Source of the DNA: Lama guanicoe
Taxonomy: Eukaryota
Assembly (NCBI GenBank): GCA_013239625.1
Contig: MU053873.1
Coordinates: forward strand, 820,524-884,523
DNA: 64,000 bases
Direction of reading: 5' to 3'
Each line of letters begins with the position of its first letter. The stretch's first letter is position 1. Made by a program: the position numbers and the translations under genes. Positions 11,050 to 20,657 of this stretch are shown here, piece by piece. The notes beneath the pieces were generated by a model. It did no database searches. It saw only the letters and a program-made list of their open reading frames with translations, and was not told the origin of the DNA.

Positions 11050-14000
11050 ATGGAGAGAGTGATTCTGGACCATGGTAAGATCAGTCACACAAAGGTTAAA
11101 AGCTCCCCCTTCCATACTTCCCCAGTTCTTAGCTTTCCTCCCTAGAGGCAAAGTTCTCTGTTACATTTTGGCTTTCTTCCAAAAATAATTCTGTGCATGT
11201 ATAAAGCAAATCCAGGGAGGTATTTACTAAATAAATAGCAGCACACCCTAGATGTTACCAGCACTTTGCTTTCCCTATCAGTAGAGCAGACCCACCTCGG
11301 GATCTCTTGTGCAGAAGGGCAGGTGTCTGCAGGTGGGTTTTCCAGCCGTTTCCATCTTCTGTGAGTCCAAGCAAAGGTGCAGCGAATACCTTCCTACAGA
11401 CATCCTTGCTCGTAGACACACATGAAACTGCAGGATTCAGCCCTGGAATTGCTGGACCAGAGGGTGGAAAGAAGCATTTTACATTTTAAAATTTTGTTCT
11501 TGTATTGAAAAGGTAATGCATTCACATGGTTCAAAATCCAAAAGGCAAAAAGAGATCGAAGTGAAATAATCCTCTCTCTCATTCCTCTCCCTAAAGGAAC
11601 CAGTGTTACCTTCCAAAGAAACTCAACAATGTCTAATATGGTCTTTTCCCTTTTTATACACAAAGGGTGGCATGGACCACGCCCCGATTGGCACTGTACT
11701 TTTATCTTGGAGACTTTTCCATGATTAATCCATTATCAAGAGCGTCCTTGTGCCTTTTTGTAACAACTGTGTGGTTTTCCGTCAAGTGGAGGCACCATAA
11801 TGAACCTGTCCCTTGCCGTGATGTCCAGAGTTGTGTCGGTGGTGGTGTTAGTACAAGTGATACTGCGGAGAACGTTCATTTTCATATGTTGATAAATTTC
11901 TCAGATGGAAATGGCTGGGTCGAAGGTAGGTGTGTTCCTCACTTGATAGCTACTGCTAAAAATTCTCTAGTTTACACCCCCAGCGGCCAGGAATGAAACG
12001 CCTGCTCCCCCGCACCCTCACACACTCAGCATGTTGATACGTGTTTAAGTGACAGGCAAAAAACAGTATCTGACTGTGTTTTAAACACACCTCCGTTCGC
12101 ATGTTACCGAGCCATTTGTCTGTCCTCTGGGAGCTGTCTCCATGGTTTCTGCCATCTTGCGAGATGGCTGTTGGTCCTTGGCTTTCTGGTTGGTCATTAT
12201 TTCTCCCGTTTTGTTACTGTTTTTACTTTTCCATGCTGAAATTGTGTTGTATAATTCTTTTCTCTCTTCTTTTCATCTCTTCTTTCTTTCCAGTACTTGG
12301 CTCGTCTTAGCTGTTGCATTTGGAGCCTGTTCCACGTGGGCTTCATGTTAGGGATGAGGTAGGGATCCAGCTTCCTCTCTTCCCAGATGGTTGGTTACCT
12401 TGTTGTCTCCAGACCATTTACTGAATAATTTATCTTTTCCCTACAGATCTGAAGTGTCATTGGTATCATATACTCAGTTTCCATACACAAATGAGTGCTT
12501 TTCTGGACTCTGTTCTGAACCAGAGAATTTGTGTATTCATTGGCCCCTGTGTTTTTTTTTTTTAAAGCATTGTACCTTTGTATTTTCTTAATTTATAGTG
12601 CCCTCTCTTTCACCCTTTGTATCCCATTTGAACTTTAGAACTAAATTTTTAAGTGATGGTGTTATTTTTATTTGGATCAAATCAAATGTTTATATTAACT
12701 GACAGAGAATTGACATCCTCATGGGGATGTCACTGATAATATTAATCTTTATACCCGAATATAGGAGTATATGTCTTTCCGTTGCTTTCTTTTTACATCT
12801 ATATATTTTAAATTTTCTTCATTTACAAGTGCTTGCATGAACATTTATTCTTACATAGATTTTTGAGTATTTTCTATTTCTTGGTTCCTTTTATAAGTGG
12901 GATCTTTTCCATTCTCTTCTACATATATATATATATGTTTATGTAAATATATATTTGCCAATATAAAACACACAAGTATAGGAATAACATATATTTACAA
13001 TATAAAATAAATAACGTAAATTATATAACATATAACTTGTAAACTAAACGCCAGACTTTATGCAGATTTGACTCGTTTTCCCACTCACGTCCTCGTTCTG
13101 TTCCCAGATCCCACGTTCCATGTGCTCGTCATTATCTCTTGAGCCTCCTCAGGTCTGTGACAGTTTCTCAGCTTTTCTTTATCCTTAACAATTCTGAGGG
13201 CTGGTCAGGTATTCTGTGGACTGTCCCTCAGTTTGGGTTTGTCTGATGTTTCTTATGGTGAGACTAGGGTTACAGGGTTTTAGGAAGGAGACCACAAAGG
13301 TGTCGGGGGACACGCTATCAACATGACTTATCACAGTCACATTAGCCTGGATCACTCGGCCAAGGTCGTTTCCAGCTTCCTCTGCCGTGAAGGGACTTCC
13401 TCCCCTTCCTCAACTCCATTTTTTGGAAGCAAGTCACCAAGTGCAGCCGACACCCATGGAGGAGTATGGAGGCAGGGAGCGGCTACATAAAATATTGGGA
13501 ATTCTTCTGTAAGGAAAATTTGTTTCTTCTGCATTTATTTATTAATTCAATCATTTGTATCAGCTTGGACTCATGGATATTTATTTTATAATTTGGGTTT
13601 TGGGGGAGGGTCATAGCTCAGTGGTAGAGTGCATGTTTAGCATGCACAAGGGCCTAGGTTCAATCCCAGTACCTCCACTAAAAAAAAAAAGACAATATAA
13701 TTTGGGTTTAAACCAAAAGTGCATTAATTATCTTGTTGCTTAAATTGCTCAAGCTGTGATGATTGGGACCTCTTTCAAGTTGGCTGTGTCCCTTTGACGT
13801 GGTTTCATCCTTTGGTTTCTTTTGAGATTTCCTTACTTTCCAATATCATGAGCTGCTGCAGGCTGACCTGTATCTGTCCTGCTCCAGGCCTCACATCAGC
13901 CATTTCTCCAGGGAGCCTGGTTGCTTTTTCAGTATCAGAAACCAAGATCTGGGTGCCAGGTGTGCTAGTTGCTCGTGAGGTGGCACTTCCAGTCCCTCTC

Positions 14001-14080
14001 AGTAAACAGAACCAGGAAATGGCTACATCCTGTGTGTGCACGTACACCTCCCTGATATTTTGTAAACTAGCGGCTATTTG
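11050..14080 (-). mobile_element. Degraded old LINE-1 fragments (L1M-type), interrupted by a SINE
   Basis: T-rich, AT-rich block inside a GC-rich region, with L1MC-type 3'-end-like text at about 13050-14040. Subfamily not verified; boundaries approximate. Confidence 0.5.
13602..13695 (+). mobile_element. tRNA-derived SINE (camelid Vic-1-like) with target-site duplication
   Basis: A box TAGCTCAGTGG, B box GGTTCAATCC, poly-A tail, and a perfect 14-bp TSD TATAATTTGGGTTT at 13587-13600 and 13696-13709. Confidence 0.88.
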
Positions 14081-17049
14081 CATATAAAATGAAATTATTT
14101 TGTATGTGTAAATTTAGTCCCCAGCCTTACTGAATTGTCTCGTTTTCCCCTTTGGATCATCTCGTGTCATCCCGCAACTGTGAAGTCAAGACCATTATTA
14201 CTCTGTTTAGAGAAGGAAACATGTTCAGAGAGTTTAAGTAACTTGTGCAGATGACACACCTCTGGGGAGGAGGTTTCAAACACAAGAAGTCTCACTCCCC
14301 AGGCTTGGAAGCTCCGCCCTACACTGCCTCCTTGTGTCCCGATAGCTGTAAGATCCCGCCACCTTCAGGGGGCGCACTGGCTACAATCAGTGGGTGGCAT
14401 TACGATGGCCACCAAGGACCCACCGTGCATGAGACATCTGAGTGGTAAGCCCCATTCAGGGCTCAGGGGGTGAGTTAAGCTGGGACAAGGGGTTAACAGG
14501 CAGGACAGACCATGATGAATGGTCGATGGACTGACCCAAATGACTGGGCCTGAGGAGTCCAGAGCAAGTACCCCTGGGAGCTGGACACAGTCCACAGTGC
14601 TCAACCCCAGGGAAGGGCTGGGATCAGGCAGGATGGGGAAGAGTTGTGGGGACAAAGGTCAGGTGGCAGGTGGACACCCAGCTGGCGCCGGGAGGCTGTG
14701 GGCAATGAATCGGGGGACACAGTTCCCCTCCCAGCCCTGTCCCTGCCCAGGCCCTCAGAGCTGCCTCTCAGCCACCCACTGTCTGTGGTGCAGTCCTCTA
14801 GGGCTCAGCCCTTCAGGGCTCAGCTGAAGCATGTCATCAGGCCCTTCCCAAGCGCCGCCTCAGCCAGGCTGTGCCTCCCCTGGGTCCCCTCAGCGCCCCA
14901 GGCCTGAACCAGCCCTGTGCTACCGTTTCCATCTGTCTGCACCTGGCTGAATGTCTGTCTCCCTCACAAGACATGGAGGGCAGACCATATGCCAAGGGCC
15001 AGCTCCCATGTGCTGAAGGAGCAGATGCCTGGATGCCTGGTGGATGCTCCCTGGAGCACTGGATGGGAGGGGCATGGGAGCAGTGGTGGCACAGATGGCA
15101 GCCCACTGCCTCTCGTTGGGGAAGAGGGTGGGGGCCGATGAGAGAAACTTCCAAATTCACATCGCAGGCCGACAGGCAGCCCAAATTCCCTGGTTTGCTA
15201 GTCTTCGGGAAGCCTGGCACCAGCCTGCCCACTCCTGTCACAGCTCAGCTCAGCCCCCTTGTAACTGGGGCTTCCTCAAAGTCCCTCCACACAGGACCTC
15301 CTCCTGAAGCCCTTTGGGCTCCTGGGCCCTGATGAAGTTGGGCTTCTCACAAAGTCAAGCTCAGTGGCCTAAGGTTCTGGGCTCTGGTCCCCATGCTGCC
15401 ACTTTCCTGCTGGATCATTTTGGGCAAATCATTGTGTCTGTCTGAGCCTCAATGAGCATGCAGCCATGATCAGGGCTTGGCATGTCACAGGTCTTTGATA
15501 AACTGGAATGACCTCTGGTGCCGCTGATGGGAGAGCTTCCTCGGGAACATGTCACCCCTGTGGAGTCCGCTTTGTGGCAGCGTTCAGACATACCCTGTCC
15601 AGAGTGTCCTCCATCATCCCAAGTCCACGCACTGGGGCCTGGAGGTGCCTCACACACAGCCCTGTTTGTGGTTCCCAGGGAAGCCCTGCCCAAGAAAGAG
15701 GGTGCTCTGTCTGAAAGTGAAATGAGGAAGGTTTCCAGAGAAAGGACCAGGGGATGCCCAGAGTTGGCTCCCACATGTGACGGCAAGAAGAGAGGGTGCT
15801 CCAGGCAGGGGTGGGCCCCACCTACAGCCCTAAGGATCCTGATGTCAGCCCCACACCCTGCTCAGTGCCAACAGGGAAAGGGGACCTAGTTTATTTACTC
15901 CCTGACTTGTTCCTCAAAGAACTTGAGGCAGCTCACAAAACCAAGAAGCCTGAAAAGAAGTCAGAGGGGAAACCGGGTGAAGGGAAAAATCACAGCAGGA
16001 AAGGAAGATAAAGCCAAGGGTCCCCACTCCCTGGGCCTGAAGACCTGGAACACCTGCCAGATGTAGCCACAACTCTTGACTCTGAACTCCCTGGTGGTTG
16101 AGGAGAAGAGTGAAAGCAGACCGAGGTCCCTGATCCAGTGTGCTCTGGGAAAATGCACTCTGGTTGCCATCACCTGCTCCCTGGAGGATGCGCCCCCTTC
16201 CCTACTTCAGAATCTTGCTCCTTCTCCCTCCTCCACTTACCCCAGCCTGGGGTGGGCATGTTGTCTGTGCTCATAAAATTCCAGGATCCCATGTATTCTA
16301 AAACATTCTCTATTAAGGCAGGGATTTTTTCTTTCTTTTTAAAATCCATCTCAGCATACTGGCAAGCAGTAAGATTGGGGATGTTTGTTGAAGAGACAGA
16401 GAAGTGAAATCCTTGGTCAGCGCAGAAACAGATGTCTGTGCATTTCGTCCAGTACCTGGGCATCTGGTGAGAGATGTGGGTGCACCCCACAGTGGGTAGG
16501 CAAGCAGAGGCAGAGGATGAGGCTGGTAAAGCCAGACTTCCCAAGCCCCGATGGGGAAGGAGCTTCCCTCCAGCTCCAGGGAGCAGGGCTCTGGCAATCT
16601 AGCATGCAGGCTGCAGGGTTTGAGGGAAGCTACAGGTGAACCCTCAGGCAGAAAACTTGGCCTTAGCAGTGCCGAAGGTGGTGTTGACCAATTTCTGATC
16701 TTTCAGCCTTGTTGGGGCAGGGATTTGGGGCTGAGCTGCTGTGACAGGGTACATCTTGGATTCAGCAGTCTATCCCAGCCCCCCTCCATGAAGCCATTTG
16801 ACACATTACTTAGTGCTGGCCATTTACCCCTGTGGGCAGGACAGAGGTGGAAGAACTCCTCAGAGGAAACCACAAGGCTGCATGTCAGGGGCCACCTGCT
16901 GCCCCTCAACCTTGCAGAGTCCCCTGTCCCGCCTCAGTTTTCTCCCGCCTCAGAGACACCAGGTTGAAGCTGTCGATGTAAGGATCATGTAGGTAATAGC
17001 TTAGTAAAGGGCCTGGCACGTACTAGGGTCTCAAGAAACGGTGTCTGCC

Positions 17050-18200
17050 TTTGATGGATGCGGAGTGGAGTCAGTGCAGTGCGGGCGACTCGCCCAAGGT
17101 CACACAGCTGGGCTGAATCCGACCCGCGCGGGCTGACTCCAGCGGGCCGGGTTTGTGAGGAGCCAGCTTGCAGGAGCGGTTTTGGAGGAGCGGACGGGGG
17201 CGTGGGCGGGAAGGGACTTCTATTTTGGAGCGGGTGACAGGAGCACAGAGTGCGAAGGGGGCTGGGTCCCTTCCTGCGATCCCTGCACCCCAGTCACCTT
17301 CCCGCGACCCTTCCCGGGAGGGGCGTCCTGGGCGGGTAGCGGGGAGGTGGGAGGGGCGGGCGGGCAGGCGGTTACCTCATCGCCGCCTCCAGGAGGCTCC
17401 GCTCGCTCCTCGCTCGCTCTCGCGGCCGACTGGGGCGGCGACTCCGGGCGCCGGAGAGAGAAGGACGGAGGGACGGAGACGCCGAGAGGCAGCGTCGCCC
17501 CCCGCGCCCCGCTCTGCCGCCGGACCCGCGCTGCGAGGAGGTCCGACCTCGGTGCCCGGAGCTGCCAGCGGCGCCTCCGGTCGCGTTACGGGGCGGAGGC
17601 CGTGTTTGAACGCAGCGCGCTGGGTTTGCTCTCTCCCGAGCTTGGCACCCGCTGGAGCTGCTCGTGCGTCTGCCGTCGGCCTGCTCGGCTGTCTGTCTGC
17701 CCGCCCACCGCCAGATCGGTCCTCCGTCCTGGCCTCTCGGGGCCCCAGGTGCTCCGAGGGGCGATGAAGAGCGCGGCGGGGCCGTGGAGCACGGGGCAGG
17801 GCGCGCGGGGTGCGCGGGGCGGCGCCGGCCCATGAGGCTTCCCAGCGCGGGGCGCAGCAGCGCGCGCGGGCCATGGGGGGCAGCCTGCGGGTGGCCGTGC
17901 TGGGCGCCCCCGGCGTGGGCAAGACAGCCATCATCCGCCAGTTCCTTTTCGGTGACTACCCCGAGCGCCACCGTCCCACGGACGGGCCGCGCCTCTACCG
18001 GCCCGCGGTGCTGCTCGACGGCGCTGTCTACGACCTGAGTATCCGCGACGGCGATGGTGCTGGCCCCGGTCAGAGCCCCGGGGGTCTAGAGGTAGCAGCT
18101 CGAGGGGTGGGCAGGGGCGTGTGACAGCATTTGGGTGCGGATGCTCGGCACACACGTGCGTGTCCGCGTGGACGGTCCCAGGGTGCCCGACTGTGCTCAT
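17050..18200. promoter_or_regulatory. CpG island / promoter and first exon of RASL10A
   Basis: Very high GC and CpG density with several GGGCGG boxes (about 17200-17370) upstream of the ATG at 17873. Confidence 0.85.
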
Positions 18201-19821
18201 GGATTGAAGGATGAATGTCTGTCCTGGTATTTGTATGTCTCACCCCTTCTGCCCGCCTGAAGTTGCCTTAAACCAGGCCCAAGACCCGGCGATTTTGCAA
18301 AGTGGCTTTTTTTTTTTTCCTTCTTAAATGCCTCTCTATTTGCCTGCCTCCGCTGGTGGGTGAGGATGAATGCCTGGGGGAGCATGGCCTTGCCTCCCTG
18401 AGCAGTAGTGGGAGAGGTTGAAGCCAGGCACAGGGATGTACTTTCTAGGCAGGGGGTCATTCTCTGCTCTTTCATTCCTGTGACCTGCAGCAAAGGTTCG
18501 TCCAGTAATTTGTGCAAAGTCCAGGACAGACTTTGAATACTTGGAGCCAATGTCTTCGAGAAGTGAAGAGGAAAGAGTAGGCAGGATTAAGAAGGGCTTC
18601 CTAGAGGGGGTGGTATTTGGGATAAACCTGGAAGGATGATTGAAGTTTTGATTAAGCAGCACAAACATTCCAGGTAGGAAGGCCTAACCATGTACAGCTG
18701 CCGCCAGTCAGTGGTCTCTGTGGGCTCGGGGAACACGGGCCCAAGGCTTTGTAATTAGGCTTAGAGGCAGTAGTTACCAGTGAAGTCTTCTGGGAAGGGG
18801 TGGGGCCTGACCCGAGATGAGCTGTGGGAAACTGAAGGAGAAGGAAGATGCTAGGGGTGAGGGGAGAGGAGACTCAAGAGTGAAGGAGGGCTGGTGGCTG
18901 ACCTGCTTCAGGCACGGTTTGGAAATTTATACCCCGGCGGCCATGAGGATAGTAGGGCCCAGGGAACTTGGGGGAGAGGAGGCACAGACAAGGATGAGGA
19001 CAGCCAAGGCCTGAGCATGAACTGTGGATTTAGCGTCAAAGGCCCTGCAGAAGGTCCAGGCGTCGGATAGTGGGAAGGGGGCTTAGGGAAACTCCCGCCT
19101 TCCGCCCCCAGGAGTGGCCAGACCCTAAGGATTGGAACTTGCAGGACACGGACGCCTTTGTGCTAGTCTATGACATCTGCAGCCCGGACAGCTTTGACTA
19201 CGTGAAGACGCTGCGGCAGCGCATCGCGGAGACCAGGTGCGGGGCGGTCGGAGCTGCGTATGGGGAGGGGAGCAGTGTTTGCTGGTCTGGTTGGGCCTTT
19301 GCTGGTCTGGTTGGGCCTTTGCCGGAGGCGAGTGGGTGGGTTCTTCCGCCATCCTGGGCCTGGTGTCAAGCCCTCCGAGCCAGACTTCTGTCCGTGGGAG
19401 GTCTCCAGTCTCGTGCGGTCTTTGGGCCAAGCGGGTATAGTGTTTACTGGGGATCTCTGGCCGCGGGAGGGGATGCTCCTGAGTGTATATACCCACGGAC
19501 AGAGGTTTTCTCCGGCCATGGCACAGCGACCCTGATTTCCATCTGGCTCGCAGGCCGGCAGGCGCACCCGAGGCGCCCATCCTCGTGGTGGGCAACAAGC
19601 GGGATCGGCAGCGGCTGCGCTTCGGCCCTCGGCGCACACTGGCCGCCCTGGTGCGCAGGGGCTGGCGCTGCGGCTACCTCGAGTGCTCCGCCAAGTACAA
19701 CTGGCACGTGCTGCGTCTCTTCCGTGAGCTGCTGCGCTGCGCTCTGGTGCGCGCACGCCCTGCGCACCCGGCTCTGCGCCTGCAGGGGGCGCTGCATCCA
19801 GCGCGCTGCAGCCTCATGTGA
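17873..19821 (+). CDS. RASL10A: Ras-like protein family member 10A (RRP22), 203 aa
   Basis: Exons 17873-18091, 19112-19236, 19554-19821 total 612 nt. P-loop GAPGVGKT, G4 GNKRD, G5 ECSAK, C-terminal CAAX CSLM. Confidence 0.97.
19278..19322. repeat. Perfect 20-bp tandem duplication (2.25 copies) in RASL10A intron 2
   Basis: TTTGCTGGTCTGGTTGGGCC x2 followed by TTTGC. Confidence 0.9.
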
Positions 19822-20174
19822 CTGAATTGGACGCCGCCGCCAATTGCGGGGGGAGCCTCCATTTGACTGGAACAACCGGGGACCCGGATTGGATGAGATC
19901 GCCCAACTTCTGTCGGGATTGGACAGGACAGACTCTCCTCCCTGATTGGCTGAGGAACGCTCCCACCCAGTCACCTGGGCGACAGACCTCTTTCTGAATT
20001 TCATTGGACACAGCCAGGCCCCAAGCCCCATTGGACAAGATTAGTCCTTCCTGGGATTTCATTGGGTCATGATCCGATTGGATGGAGGGGCTTGGCTATG
20101 AACGTGATTGGAAAGTCGCAGACTGCTCTTGGAGTTTCACTGGACGAACTGTTAAGTCACACCTCTCAGGAGGT

Positions 20175-20180
20175 AATAAA
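20175..20180 (+). terminator. RASL10A polyadenylation signal
   Basis: AATAAA about 355 nt after the stop codon. Confidence 0.75.
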
Positions 20181-20374
20181 AGGGTAAACAATTCAAGTGC
20201 ACCGGGCATTTCTGAGATGGGCAGGATAATCTTAAGCCTAGAGGTCAGAGCTGCCAGGCACTGGCCCCTGGCAGTTAACTCCAGAATCCCAACATGTAAT
20301 CAGGGTCCCCAAATGGGTGTGATGGCCTAATGGCTGAGTCCCCAAGAAGCAGACACAAGTAGCTGGAACAAAAC

Positions 20375-20380
20375 TTTACT
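20375..20380 (-). terminator. Probable GAS2L1 polyadenylation signal (variant AGTAAA)
   Basis: TTTACT on + reads AGTAAA on -, about 280 nt after the GAS2L1 stop. No canonical AATAAA was seen in this UTR. Confidence 0.5.
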
Positions 20381-20657
20381 GTCAGGCTCTGCAGGGCCAC
20401 AGGACCTCAGGAGAGGTCCTCACTGGGCTGGCCCAGCCTCTTCTAAGGCATTCAATAATATTAGTAATTAAATAGCAATGCTCATCCCCCAACCGGAATG
20501 TACAACAGGTCCCATTGTGCCATGTGGTCCCAAGGGGTCTGGTCCCATGAGGTCTGGTCCCCAAGAGGCAGGGGAGGGGGCTCCCTGATGCAGAGGGGTT
20601 AAGGCCACAAAGGAAAAGGAGAAGGAATGGAGGACTGGGGTCAGCTGGGCTGGTCCA

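Noticed and set aside
17155..17971. Several roughly 200-aa overlapping ORFs upstream of RASL10A
   Set aside because: CpG-island stop-codon depletion; only the ATG-initiated uORFs were kept.
20508..20562. Four GGTCCC motifs in the GAS2L1 3'UTR
   Set aside because: Short degenerate local duplication with no evident function.
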